Below the pieces are notes generated by a model. It worked only from the letters and a program-made list of their open reading frames with translations. It ran no database searches and had not been told where the DNA came from. Below are positions 49,543 to 62,267 of a stretch of DNA of 64,000 nucleotides, piece by piece. This stretch comes from Octopus sinensis (taxonomy: Eukaryota), in assembly GCF_006345805.1 (NCBI RefSeq), contig NC_042997.1, positions 54,064,001 through 54,128,000 of the forward strand, in the 5' to 3' direction. Every line of letters begins with the position of its first letter. Positions within the stretch are counted from its first letter, which is position 1. Both the position numbers and the translations under genes were made by a program.

Positions 49543-51362
49543 CATCATTATTTAACATCCGTTTTCCATGCTGCCTTGGTTGGATGGTTTGACTGAAAAC
49601 TGGTAAGCTGGGGAGCTGCATCAGGTTTCAATTTGATTTGGCATGGTTTTGACAGTTGAACACCCTTCCTAATGCCAATCACTCCAAGAGTGTAATGAGT
49701 GCTTTCTACATACCACCAACACAGATGCCTATTTCTTTATTACCCACAAGGGACTAAACATAGAGGGGACAAACAAGGACAGACATAGGTATTAAGTCGA
49801 TTACATCGACCCCAGTGCGTAACTGGTCCTTAATTTATCGACTTCGAAAGGATGAAAGGCAAAGTTGACCTCGGCAGAATTTGAACTCAGAACGTAACGG
49901 CAGATGAAATACTGCTGAGCATTTCGCCCGCCGTGCTAACGATTCTGCCAGCTCGCCACCTTATCCCACCAACACAGATGCCGGTTACAAAACACCAGCA
50001 TCAACCACAATTACACTCTCACTTGGCTTTACGGGTCTTCTCAAGTACAACGTATTACCAAAGGTCTCAGTCACTTGTCACTGCCTCTGTGAGGCCCAAA
50101 GTTCGGAAGGTGCTTTTTATGTATCACCAGCATAGATACCAGATATGCAACACTGGCATTGGCCATGACTACAACTTCACTTGGCTTGACAGGGTTTCTC
50201 AAGCATAGTATATCACTCAATGTTCAAAGGGTGCTGTTTATGCGCCACCGGTACAAGTGCCAGTTACATGACCCTGGCATCAGCCACAACTGTGATTTCA
50301 CATGGCTTGATGAGTCTTCTCAAGCACAGTATACCACCAAAGGTCTCAGTCACTTGCCATTGCCTCCATGAGGCCCAACATTCAAAAATCATGCTTTATC
50401 ACTTTGTCCCATGTTTTCATGGGTCTGCATTATATGCATTACATGACCATACCAGCACAGTTGTCTCTCTTGCACACCACATCTGATGCCTCTTATACCC
50501 AACTTTTCACTCAAGACGCTTACACTCTGTCATATATGAACACTGACATTGCATATCCAGCAAAGCATACTAGTTTCATTTCTTTCACTCATTCACATGT
50601 CCTTGCCGGTCACAGACCATGTTTTACTGCTGTGTAGCATTGCTGTTTGCACACAGGCATCATACAATCTGCCTTTCACTTTGAGGGAGAGGCCCTTTGT
50701 TACCAACAGAAGTAGGAGCTCTTTCTGAACTTTGCCAAGCCTATTCTAATTCTAGCAGCTATGCTCTCAGAGCATCCACCTCCACTACTGACTTGTTCAC
50801 ATAGGTAATGGAAGCGGTCAACTGCTTCTAGTTTCTTTCCACCCCTAGCATTTGATGGAGTTTATTTACTGTAATTTTTAGTGTTAATTGTACCTGTGCA
50901 CCTCCTACACACAAAAACTATTTTCCGTTAATCTTCCTCTGATATTGCTGCACCTCCTATGTGTTCATAGCTTACACCAGGTACATCTTATGAAGTTACT
51001 ACCTATGCCTTTTCTACAGATTGAGCAGGGCCATCAACCTGAAGGGATTTGTGATTTGTCTGCTCTCCTACTTACTAAGGCTTTGGTTTTGGTGAGATTG
51101 ATCTAGACCTTGCTTCCACACCTGAAATTTCTTCTCTAATTTTGGTAGTGATTTGGCTATAAGAACAAGGTCATCAGTGGAGCTCCCAGGTGCAGCCCTT
51201 CTTAAATTCCTCTGTTATTACCAGGAGGACTACGATGAACAAGAAGGGGCAGAGGACTGATCCTTGGTGAACCCCTACTTGTACCCTGAATTCCTCACTA
51301 TATTCGTTGCTAACCTTCACCTTACTGACAGCATCTTTGTAGATGGCTTGTACATGGCTTAG
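49543..51362 (-). mobile_element. 5'-truncated, decayed RTE LINE (same family), interrupted by SINE C
   Basis: Colinear homology with 31520-33290, including gvhqgsvl, a degenerate (y)tDD and the Cys-rich region with terminal CRRC at about 50895. Confidence 0.88.
49730..49965 (-). mobile_element. Young tRNA-derived SINE family C inserted in an RTE 3' UTR
   Basis: Head ggtggcgagctggcagaatcgttagcac, B box gagttcaaattc; 17-bp TSD CCACCAACACAGATGCC at 49713-49729 and 49966-49982. Confidence 0.9.
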
Positions 51363-51667
51363 TGGACTTACAGTTGTTAAAACTGAATATCAACCATATA
51401 AATTTCAATAGTCATGGAGGGATAGCAACAATCATAACCACTGACCCTGCTTCTGACCAAGCCATTAAAAAGTTACTTCAACACAACTTAGATCGTCTAG
51501 GAGGAGCAATAACTAGGAGCAGTTTTTTAGAGGAAGGTTTGAAAATGCTATGGCTATCTACAAGACTTATTTTCTTATTTTTATCATCATAGAAATCAAA
51601 GTTAATAACTAATCCTATGATTTTTTGTGGCTCGTAAAATAAGTAACCTTTAAAAAAATAAACTCAC

Positions 51668-51734
51668 CTATTCCATTCATTGTCCAAATGGTCATCTGCA
51701 GTCATTTATTCCATTCATAATTGTTCATATACTT
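51668..51734 (-). CDS. Candidate small exon of an unidentified gene (could start MTADDHLDNEWN-R, phase-2 end)
   Basis: Acceptor atttcattttcag| and donor TAG|GTGAGT; an internal ATG is open to the donor and in frame with candidate exon 49317-49400. Confidence 0.3.
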
Positions 51735-53597
51735 CTGAAAATGAAATATCATTGAATGTATAAACAAAATTCATTATACAATTAAAGAAGATCTCATAAC
51801 CAACAGAATTCATAACTAAAAATGTTGCTTACAGAAGATTCTGCTATGCTATAGAAAGAGAAAAATGTACCTAAGGCTCATTAAAAAAAAACATAAATTA
51901 AGCAATTAAAATTGTTTAAAATTTGTGAAAGACATAGAAATTAAATTCAAATAATAAGAAATTTGATTAGATGTTTAAAATTTTCATTGTAAATTTGGTA
52001 GAATCAATTTCAGCAAAGGATTTTGATAATGCATTATGTCTTTGTGACATCACTGAAGACTAAGTGGTTTCTTTTTCTCTTTTAGAAGGATTTTTTAACA
52101 GTTTGATCAAAGGAGAAAAAGCAGCATCCCTGACCATTTTCAAATCCTCAATAGCTTGTAGGAAGAAAGGAGAAAGCTATCTTCAGACCAAAAACTTGAA
52201 CTGGATGCTTGTAACAAAGTGAACTCTGCTAAAAGCATCCAAAGGTCAGGTGGAGGTGTTAAACTATCTACCAGATTAAGTCAACCACCTATCACAACAA
52301 GTTTTATGAAATATTCATTATATTGTGCTCTTACTATGCAAAGCAATTAGGCTGGCTGGGCCTGTGACAGTTAGGTATTTTTGCTAGAATTTTCTCTACA
52401 GCACTGGTAATGATATGTAAATCAAATTCACTTTGGCTGCACAATAACAGAATGATAATAATAGTAACCATAAGAGATGAACATTATGATAGTCATAGGC
52501 ATTGTGGCATAAAAATCTGTGTCTTTCTTTGCTGAAATCCTGTAAGAATATTGTGTTTTTATAAGGTTAGTATAAACTCTTAAAACTTGATAGCCTTTCT
52601 CTGTATTTCTATTTTTATATATTCAAAAGAAAGACAACTTTGTAATATTTAAGAAACCATTTGGGAAAAGTATTAGGATGTATGTATTCATAACCCTCTG
52701 TTATAGAAAATAAAGGTCAGTGAAAACAAACCAATTTTATAGAATATTGTCTCAAAATAAATATTTTCTGTTTAATATTTTGCACAACATTTCTAATAAC
52801 AGTTTAAAAGCCCATACATGGCTACATCACTATTGACATTCTAGCTTCTAGATAATCATATCCAATTCATTCACTTAGAGTCACTTGAATGATGTTGTTT
52901 TTAGAGAAAAAAAATCTCAGAGAAAGAGTTGGTGTCAGATTGATTTGCATTTGAGAATCTTGCTGTTGATGTAACTGAATACAACACTGATTATTGTAGT
53001 TTACTCAAAGTAATACAATCTAACGTGAAATGGTTTATTTTCAGATTCAAAAATTTTTATGATTTCCAAACCATCTACAATGTAAAGTTCATGGAAATCA
53101 AATAGTTATATAGCTATTGTGGGTCAAACTGTTTATTTTCGTTCTTAGTAGTGCTCTGCAGTAGGACAATATATGTATTATCCATGATTTTTATGAATTT
53201 ATTAAGAGCACTTTTTTCTTTTGTCAGCTGTCATACACAGTATTCCTTCTTCGGTAATATTCCCAAAGGATATAATTTAAAAATTCAAATTTAAAATTTC
53301 CCTCAACATTTTTTGTATTTTGTATTCTAGCAAAATGTAGCTCACAATGATTTAAGACATTATAATTTATTATTAAAATCACACTTATAAATTTCTCATA
53401 CACTTACATAATTTTCATAACCACATGCACACAGACACACACAAACAGATGGCCATGCACACACACACACCTTCACCGCCATTGACCGATTACAATCAAA
53501 GTTGTTTACAATTTTGAAATATAACAAAAGAAATTGTAACAATAATTTTGACATCAAATTTTAACAATATAAATATGTAATCACATTTCATATAATA

Positions 53598-54007
53598 CTA
53601 GCAGCATAACCCGGCGTTGCCCGGGTATGTAAGAGCCCCTAGTAGGCAACGACTAATCCCAATCTAGTTTTTTCCCTCTAGGGAACGAAGGCGCATGTGT
53701 AGGTTGCAATGTCTTCTCTTCACTCGAATACTTCTATGTATACGATGTTCCTAGCTGTCTCCCGACGGAAAATGTGTTGCATATAAAAAGCTTAGATTCT
53801 CAACCCCATGTCGAATTTATCTTTTTTTATTTCAGAACTGGGGGAGCTTTTCAAAATTTTCGCTGCGTTAGTTTTGAATTATGACATTGGGCTATGTGTG
53901 TGTCAAGTTTCATCAGAATCGGTTGAAAGCCGTGGTCAGGGTGAGGGTACAATCTGACAGCCACACAGACACACAGACAGACAAACTGCCGTTTATATAT
54001 AAAGAGA
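53598..54007 (-). mobile_element. Young non-autonomous Helitron (410 bp)
   Basis: Minus strand: A|TC 5' end at 54007, (TGTC)-type microsatellite near the 5' end, hairpin CCCGG-GCAACG-CCGGG 8 nt before the 3' CTAG|T at 53598; no TSD; CpG-rich. Confidence 0.88.
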
Positions 54008-54039
54008 TTTATCTAGAGTGCTCATAAAATGGTGAAACT

Positions 54040-54800
54040 CAAGTTTATTGGCATAGTAGTTCCTGCATAGGAGTTCCTATGGACAGCCAGTCATAATAAA
54101 CTCTTCTGCTATGGCTTGATAAACTAAAATAAACAAGATCAGGTTGAGCACTGTGCCCTGTTGGATACCTGCTTGCACTATAATTTCCCTGTCATAATTA
54201 TTGCTTACAGCCACCTTATTGACAGCATCTTTGTTCATGCTTCCACAGTTAACTATCCTTGTAACGACCTAACCACACCGTGTAGCACCTTGTCAAAGGT
54301 TTTCTCCAAGTAAAGAAATGCTAGGTATAGAGACTTAAAAACTTAGCTAAGGTCTCCTGTAATAGAAAGTGAGCACCATTGACACCACATCCAAACACAA
54401 ACCCAAACAGCTTTTCTCATGTAAGTTCTCTTTCAAATCAGGTGTACTATAACTCATTCTGTTGCCTTCATCACTTGATCCATCTATTTCATGCCTCTGT
54501 AGTTATTTCTCTCTAGAGTGTCTTCACTGTTCTATAGCACTTGATGATATCACAACACCATTGTGGATAACACCGCTTTCTACCATATAACTGATTGCCT
54601 GCATGACATATGCCTAATTACAGCATTTCAGAAACCAATTTTTGTTGTCAAGCAACTTTCCTACATTAACATACTCACAGTTTTGATTATATTGCTGTCA
54701 CCATCAATAACTGGTCCTGCTTTTGGGTCTACTTGCAATAGACCTCTCTCCATCCTTCATGCATTTTCTTTATTCAACAAGCTCTTCTAGTAACATTTTC
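54040..54800 (-). mobile_element. Old RTE LINE RT fragment
   Basis: LEKTFDKV (ccttgtcaaaggttttctcca, about 54290) and GIQQGTVLNLILF (about 54140-54170) on the minus strand. Confidence 0.65.
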
Positions 54801-55419
54801 ATGTCCTTTATTCTTAGTGCATACATATGTGTGTGTGAGAGAGAGGGGGAGGGAGGGGAAAAATGCAATTATAAATGAAGGTGAAAGACTAGATTGTTTG
54901 AATGACTTATGATGTCTATTGACGCACCCATTTTTTTTAGACTAAACCACAGCTGAATCTTAGGAAATAAAATTCAATAACCACTTTTGGCTGACTGTTG
55001 GTAAACATTCAGCTAAAAAATGTTATTGAGTTTTTTACCAATTTAAAACAGGTAATGAAACAAATTTCAAAATATGAAGTTGAAACAAATTATTACTAAA
55101 ATCTATTAACTATTGAGTGCTCGTGACATGGAACTAAAATTCTAGAAAATATTTTGTGAAATTATTATTAAAAAATTCAATTTGATTTTTTGATTATAAT
55201 TAATATTTCAATTTCTGATTAGGTACATTTTAATGATAAGTAAATTTATTCCAAGAATATTTGGAAATAAGTGTATATAGTCTTTTGATCATTCCAGAGG
55301 CAAAAAATGTCAAATGGGTAAAAGTGACTAAGAGACACTGGTATTTAATGTCACGCTTAACTCTTGAATAGTTTGCAAACTTGGCTACACCCAGTTTATA
55401 CACATATGTGTAGAAGCAT

Positions 55420-55619
55420 ACACACACACACATATATATATATATACCAAACAGTCATCCATCCATCCATCCATCCATCCATCCACCCATCCATCCACCC
55501 ACACACACACACGTGTGTGTATGTGAATATATTGGTTAATATGCATTCATACTTGTTCATATATATATGTTCCCTTTCTGTGTGTGTGAGTGTGTGTGTG
55601 CACGCATGCGTGTGTGTGC

Positions 55620-55669
<50 letters not shown>

Positions 55670-55680
55670 ACATGTACTTG
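55420..55680. repeat. Compound microsatellite (CA)/(TA)/(CATC)n/(TG)n
   Basis: Visible directly; it produces several spurious ORFs in the track. Confidence 0.95.
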
Positions 55681-56127
55681 TGTGTATAGGAGTGTGTATG
55701 TATTTAAGAACATATGTAAGTGCATCTGTCAGAAGAACAGCTGGCAAAATTGATAAAATGTTGAGTCTGCCAGCTGATTGATCCAGAACTGTGAGGTGCC
55801 GATAGCATTTTATTAGGTCCATAGCAAAAACATTTTCCTCTCAGTTGGCATATGACTGTGTGGTTCAGAAGTTTGCTTCTCAAATTCATAGTTTTGAGTT
55901 CAATCCCAACAGTGTGTGAACCTTGAGTATCTTCTGCCATTGTCTTGTGTCAATCAAAGCTTTATGGATAAAATTTTGTAGAAGGAGTTATTTTTTTTTG
56001 AAGCCTATCAGAAAAACAGGTCCTATTTTGTGTGGTATATTTAATCCAATAGTTTAACATCACATCACCATCTGGTGTATGGGTGCTTGTGTCAGAGTAC
56101 TATCCATTGTAAGCATCTAATGTATTA

Positions 56128-56534
56128 CTCTTTTACTCTTTTACTTGTTTCAGTCATTTGACTGCGGCCATGCTGGAGCACCGCCTTTAGTCGAGCAAAT
56201 CGACCCCAGGACTTATTCTTTGTAAGCCCAGTACTTATTCTATCAGTCTCTTTTGCTGAACCGCTAAGTGACGGGGACGTAAACACACCAGCATCGGTTG
56301 TCAAGCAATGCTAGGGGGACAAACACAGACACACAAACACACACATACATATACATACATATACATATATACGACAGGCTTCTTTCAGTTTCCGTCTACC
56401 AAATTCACTCACAAGGCATCGGTCAGCCCGGGGCTATAGCAGAAGACACTTGCCCAAGATGCCACGCAGTGGGACTGAACCCGGAACCATGTGGTTGGTT
56501 AGCAAGCTACTTACCACACAGCCACTCCTGCGCC
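56128..56534 (-). mobile_element. Young tRNA-derived SINE family A; putative donor of the 17.0-kb copy
   Basis: About 15 substitutions versus the 17.0-kb copy outside the microsatellite (hand count, mostly at CpG); shares diagnostic positions that the 62571 copy lacks. Confidence 0.92.
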
Positions 56535-57104
56535 TATGTATACAATCTGATGCAAACATCCTCCCTTCCTTCTTCCCTTTGATTATGCTTTCAGTCATTT
56601 GTTTTTCTGTCCCATTTTCCCATTCTAGCACAGGTTAGATTAATATATTATTGAGATATTATTTTCCAGTCGAATGCACTCCCTGGTGCTAATCCTTACC
56701 TGCTTTCCAAGTAAAGGATTTCTTATTCCAGACAGATTTTACAATACTAAGCAGGTAGACAGTTTATCATTGTGCCAGTAACAATACTGTTCAAACATCG
56801 GGATGTATGCATAAGTATGCATAGATGTAAGCAAACACACAGATAGTCACACTTGCATGCACATGTTTATATATATGCATGTACAGCCATCAAAAACACT
56901 GATACACGTGTGTATATACACGTGCATAAACATATAGAGGAAAGAATGAAGAGAGAGAGAGAGTGAGAGAGAGAGAGAGAGAGAGAGACTGACAGGGAAA
57001 GAGAGAAACAGTATTGACTGATATTTTCTCTATCAAACTTAAAGGGACAAAGCACAAAGTTCGACAAGTCAAGATTTGAAGTAAGGCATTTTATTCATAA
57101 AGCA

Positions 57105-57108
57105 ATTC

Positions 57109-57194
<86 letters not shown>
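57105..57194. repeat. (CT)n microsatellite, about 90 bp; a (GA)n tract lies at about 56950-56990
   Basis: Visible directly. Confidence 0.97.
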
Positions 57195-57199
<5 letters not shown>

Positions 57200-57480
57200 A
57201 AAAAGATGAGAAGCAAAGACACCCCCCAGTGGATTTTTAACTCAGAACATAGAGACATACAAAATGCTGCTAAGCATTTTTCCCAGTATGCAAGTACAAG
57301 GCCTGAAATTTGTGGGGAGGGAATTAGTCGATTACATTGACCCCAGTACTCAACTGGTACTTATTTTATTGACTCCCAAAAAGATGAAAGGCAAAGTTGA
57401 CTTCAGCAGAATTTGTACTCAGAATGCCTGATATTATTTTCGTCCAGTGTGCTAACAATTTTGCTAGCTTGCTGCCTTTC
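57195..57480 (-). mobile_element. Two tandem decayed SINE family C copies
   Basis: gtcgattacattgaccccagt...gatgaaaggcaaagttgac...gtgctaacaattttgctagc, homologous to 49730-49965. Another fragment lies at about 41000-41110. Confidence 0.7.
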
Positions 57481-57922
57481 AGGTTTTTTATAATAAAATA
57501 TAAATGATAGTAGAAAGACCATAATCTGATGTGTGTCATCAAGCTGAGGAGAAAAAGACAGTGACCAAAGAAATACCCTGCAAACTAGTGGACATGCTGT
57601 GATAGTGTGCATATCCACTATCGCAATATTTATGGGTATATCTTTAGTATTTTAAAGTTTGTCTTCTTATCTTCTTGAAATGTACATTTTCTTTGAGATA
57701 AGAATTTAAAGCAACTTGAGAGACCTGTGGTATGAAAGGTAAACAAGAAACAGACAGATATTGCACACAGCAAAAAGTTTATAAATCAGTTGACTAGGAT
57801 TCAAAAAAGTTATCATCATTTCTAACATTAAAACTCTTCATTTGTATGTGGGGCGGTAGGGGCAGTGTATGTGTATTTTAAATAACATGTATTGAGTTTA
57901 AAATGACTTGGATGAATTTACA

Positions 57923-59441
57923 AACATCCTACTATAAATTTATGTGTCCAAAATGGTATTTTAACTAGATATAGAATTTTGATTTCAGATTTTTTTTCTA
58001 ACCCATTTAAACATATTTTTTGTTTTGTTTTGTTTTGATTTGAAATCTGAAATTAATAAAATTTGAATTGTTTCCCTAAATGAAAATTAGAAAACATGTT
58101 TCTAAGATTCAGATGTGACTATGTGGTAGACAAGTTTGTTTTCCAACCACATTGTCTTAGGTTCAGTTCCACAGCATGGTACCTTAGACATGTGTCTTTT
58201 ACTCTAGCCCCAGGCTAATCAAAGCCTTGTGAGCAGATTTGGTTTGACAGAAATTGAAAGAAGCATGTTGTATAATATATATATGGCTCCCGTTCTGGTG
58301 GCACATAAAATGCATCATCCAAATGTGGTTGATACCAGTGTCCCCTGACTGGCTCCTGTGCCAGTGGCATGTAAAAAGCACCCACAACACTCTCGAAGTG
58401 GTTGCCATTAGAAAGGGCATCCAGCTGTAGAAACATTGCCAGATCAGATTGGAGCCTGGTACAGCCACTGGCTCTCTAGACCACAGTCAAACTGTCCAAC
58501 CCAAGCCAGCATAGAAAACAGATGTTAAATGATAATGATGATGATGACATATATATACATACTTTCGACATATGCTTCGAAAACAACTGTGGTTTTATTC
58601 CAAAGGAATAAACAGTGTAAAATAATGTAATCTCATCAGGAAAGAAAGAAAACCTATCTCAATAACAAGACATTATAACAATTTTGATGACTGCATAAAT
58701 GATAAACAGAATGCTATTAAGTATTTTTAAAAAAAACATTAGTAGATCCAACATCAAAGGCAGACCCTAGGAAGAGAAGGGTAAAGAAATAATAAGTAGA
58801 GAATAAATAAAGAGGGATATATTGGTTGAAAAAATGTTCAAAGCCTCGGAAGTAGATTTCTCTATTGAAGTAAAGTGCAAGGTGAACTAAATGTTCAAAC
58901 TATACAGACTGGGAAAAATCACTTATATGAGCTGAAGGTATATTTCTGCCAGTACTTACATTTCTAAGATTGCTCTATAAGTGTGTTAACAAAGTGATTC
59001 TTAGAGAAGAGAATATGGAAGAGTTCAGAGTTGTCAACCAAATCTGCTCACAAGGCTTTGATTAGCCTGGGGCTAGAGTAAAAGACACATGCTGTGGAAC
59101 TGAACCTAAGACAATGTGGTTGGAAAGCAAACTTATCTACCACACAGTCACATCTGAATCTTAGAAACATGCTTTCTAATTTTCATTCAGGGAAACAATT
59201 CAAATTTTATTAATTTCAGATTTCAAATCAAAACAAAACAAAACAAAAAATATGTTTAAATGGGTTAGAAAAAAATCTGAAATCAAAATTCTATATCTAG
59301 TTAAAATACCATTTTGGACACATAAATTTATAGTAGGATGTTAGAGAATATGGAAGAGTTCAGAGTTGAACTCTGAACTCTTCCATAGTCTCTTCTCTAA
59401 GAATCACCTTGTTAACACACTTTTAGAGCGATCTTACAAAT
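57923..59441. repeat. Complex local inverted duplication (57923-58249 vs 59032-59342; 58960-59032 vs 59369-59441)
   Basis: Direct reverse-complement alignment by eye; fold-back palindrome centred on 59368. Confidence 0.93.
58112..58546 (+). mobile_element. Composite SINE (family B): family-A head and core + 3' UTR of the RTE LINE
   Basis: Head and core as family A; 58290-58546 homologous to RTE LINE 31520-31760 (gtggttg.cattagaaagggcatccagctgtagaaac...gatgttaaatgataatgatgatg). Confidence 0.78.
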
Positions 59442-60172
59442 TTTCTATCTCAGCCTCTGGTTCATGCTTGTACAAGTTTTCTATTATTTTCAAACCACAC
59501 ACTCAGCTAACACTCCAGTGTACTCTTTTACCAAAACATGCCCACACTTATTTGTTGTTTGTGCTAATTTACTGCACTCACTCAAGAGATGATTGATACT
59601 TTCAACTTCTTTCCTGCAGATTCAGCACTTGCTGTCTGACTGAGTTTTCTCAATATTTGCTTTTATCATATTTGTTCTAATGACTTGTTCCAGAGTGGCT
59701 AATTAGTGTCTCAGTCTCTTTTTTAATATTATTATTATTATTATTATTACTATCATATTTCAAACTGGAATTTATAGTTCAAGCAAAATTCAATGAAGAC
59801 TTGTTTTTCAGGTTAAATCATATTACAGTGTTTGATTGAATTTTAATCTTAATTTTTTAAGTTTTATTCATCAGATTTCAGCTTTCAATTTCAGTTTATG
59901 AAAATATTTCAGATTTATTAAATTAAAAACTATAAAATAAATAAAATTAAATAAACACACATCTTTAGGAATATCATCATCATCGTTTAACGTCTGCTTT
60001 CCATGCTGGCATGGGTTGGATGATTTCACTGAGGACTGGCGAACCAGATGGCTACACCAGGCTCCAATGTGATCTGGCAGCGTTTCTACAGGCTGGATGC
60101 CCTTCCTAACATCAACCACTCTGAGAGTGTAGTGGGTACTTTTATGTGCCATCAGCATGAGGGCCAGTCAGG

Positions 60173-60210
60173 TGATATATATATATATATATATATATCA
60201 TCATCATCAT

Positions 60211-60294
<84 letters not shown>

Positions 60295-60310
60295 CACACA
60301 TACATACACA
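60173..60310. repeat. (TA)n/(CAT)n/(CA)n compound microsatellite; other (TA)n tracts at about 7305-7328, 7638-7690, 31487-31519 and 33290-33310
   Basis: Visible directly. Confidence 0.95.
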
Positions 60311-61078
60311 CAAGGTTCAGCTGAAAAGTTCACAGAGTGACCAAGATACTCTCATGGTATGCAACCAAATGAGGTTTATTTTTCAACATAGTACCCCTTG
60401 AGGTCCATACACTTCTTCCATCAGTGTTGTAGTGCTCAGATCCCGCTGGTAAAGAAGCTTTCATCTGGTTGATCAAAAAAGTCATCAACAGTAGGTATGA
60501 CATCATCATCACTATGATACTGCTTCCCAGCCAAATGTTTTTTCATGTTGGGGAACTGATGATAGTCATATGTGGCCAAACCAACAGTGATTGAAAACAA
60601 GGACTTGTATTCTGGAGCTTTGTCCAGATGAAACAAACCCCCTTTCATCAGTTTTCCTGGGTGTTTGGTCTTGATAACCTTTCATAACTTCCTAATCAAG
60701 TTGGCACAGTACATTCCATTGATGGTGTGACCCTTTTAAAGATAGTCAATAAACAATGATTTTTGCATCCCCTAAAATATGAGGCCATTATATCCTCTGC
60801 AGATGAAACAACCTTGGTATTTTTGGAGCTGTTGTATGGATTGTCACTTTGTCACTGGTTCAAAGTGATGAAGCCAACACTCATCCTGGGTTAAGAAACG
60901 TTCAAGGAAAAGGAAACCAACTGGCTCTGCCTCAAACAATGTCAGATTTTTCTGTGATGTAATCAGCCTAGTCTGCTTTTGATCAGGTGTCAGATGATGT
61001 GGTACCTACAGAACAGAAACCTTCATCATGTCAAGTCCATTGTGTAGAATATTTTCAACTCTCTCATGTAATATTTTC
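60309..61078 (-). mobile_element. Mariner transposon 3' half (different subfamily), decayed
   Basis: TQDECW (TGDETW-like, about 60880), LFHLDKAP, YDYHQFPNMKKHLAG, HRWKKCMDLKGYYVEK*; TIR-like caaggttcagctgaaaagttc at 60311. Confidence 0.85.
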
Positions 61079-61659
61079 GTAGAAACCATGCCAAAACAGA
61101 CAAATGGAAGCTGGGCAACTCTCCAGTTGACCAACTCATGTTAAACCGTCCCACCCATACCAGCATGGAGAACAGAAGTTAAAAGATGATGATGATGTTA
61201 ACCAACAATGGAGCTCAAACCAGCAAGAGGGGCTTCTACGTGATTACCCACTTGCTGGAGATAAAAGCTAAGTCTCTCCCAAATCATCCTACTTTCTTAG
61301 AAAAGAAAAACAATGAAACATTGAATAAAAATGTCCTGAGTTCACTGGGCATAGGAAAAAAGCCAAACTGGTCACAGCTGGAATGCCTATGATTATGTCT
61401 ACTCCATAAAGTTTGAACTGGGTTAATCAACAATGTAACAATAACTTGAGAACAAGACCAACATCACCAACATCATCATCTTCAACATCAGCAACAAAAA
61501 AAAAATCATTAAGAGATCTAGAATCTTCCATAACCATACTGCTCAATGTGAAGCTTTAGAACCAAGCAATCTAAGTTCTGTTGGATGTCAGCAAAGACTT
61601 CCATCATTATTTGCTTCCTTTAACCACCACCACCACCACCACCACTTGTATGAATGGGT

Positions 61660-62044
61660 CAGCTGGAATTTTTTAGGTAGATTTTCTATAGCTGGATTCC
61701 CTTCCTGTTGCCAATCCACACCAGTTTCCAAGTAAGGTAATATTTCACCATGAGCAGACATATCTCAGAAAACTAGAAACAAAGGACAATGCTTGCATGA
61801 TGGTGACACTTGCTTACAGCTATCATGCAATGTCAACGAAAGGACACTAACACACACACACACACACATGCATATAAATATATATAACAGGCATCTTTCA
61901 GTTTCTATCTACCAAATCTACTCACAAGGCTTTGGTTAACTCAGGGCCATTATAGAAGAGACTTGCCCAAGGTGCCATGAAGTGGGACTGAACCCCAAAC
62001 TATGTGGTTGGGATACAAACTTCGAACTATACAATAACACCTGC
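61660..62044 (-). mobile_element. Composite SINE family D (decayed)
   Basis: ccagtttccaagtaaggtaatatttc body, (CA)/(TA) microsatellite, core gacttgcccaaggtgcc, head. Confidence 0.7.
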
Positions 62045-62267
62045 TTTACATTCATCTTCCCTGGATTATATGGATATTTGAATATTGGATGAGCAATTGT
62101 TTTTAACAGTGGGGTGTCCTTTCTGCTATTACCTTCTGAACCATGAAGTAAGAGTGAGAGTGGCTAGTTCTAGCCTATACAGCAGTGGTTCTTAACCACT
62201 TTTTACCTTTTTACCCTTTGATTCTTATTTTACTGGGATGGATCCTTATCGCCATTTTGATGTTTAA

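Noticed and set aside
52086-52244. Plus-strand exon candidate (strong acceptor, AAG|GTCAGG donor); similar sites at 41212-41229, 41620-41640 and 53227-53252
   Set aside because: All frames contain stops or the pieces are too short to chain; T-rich introns yield many pseudo-acceptors.
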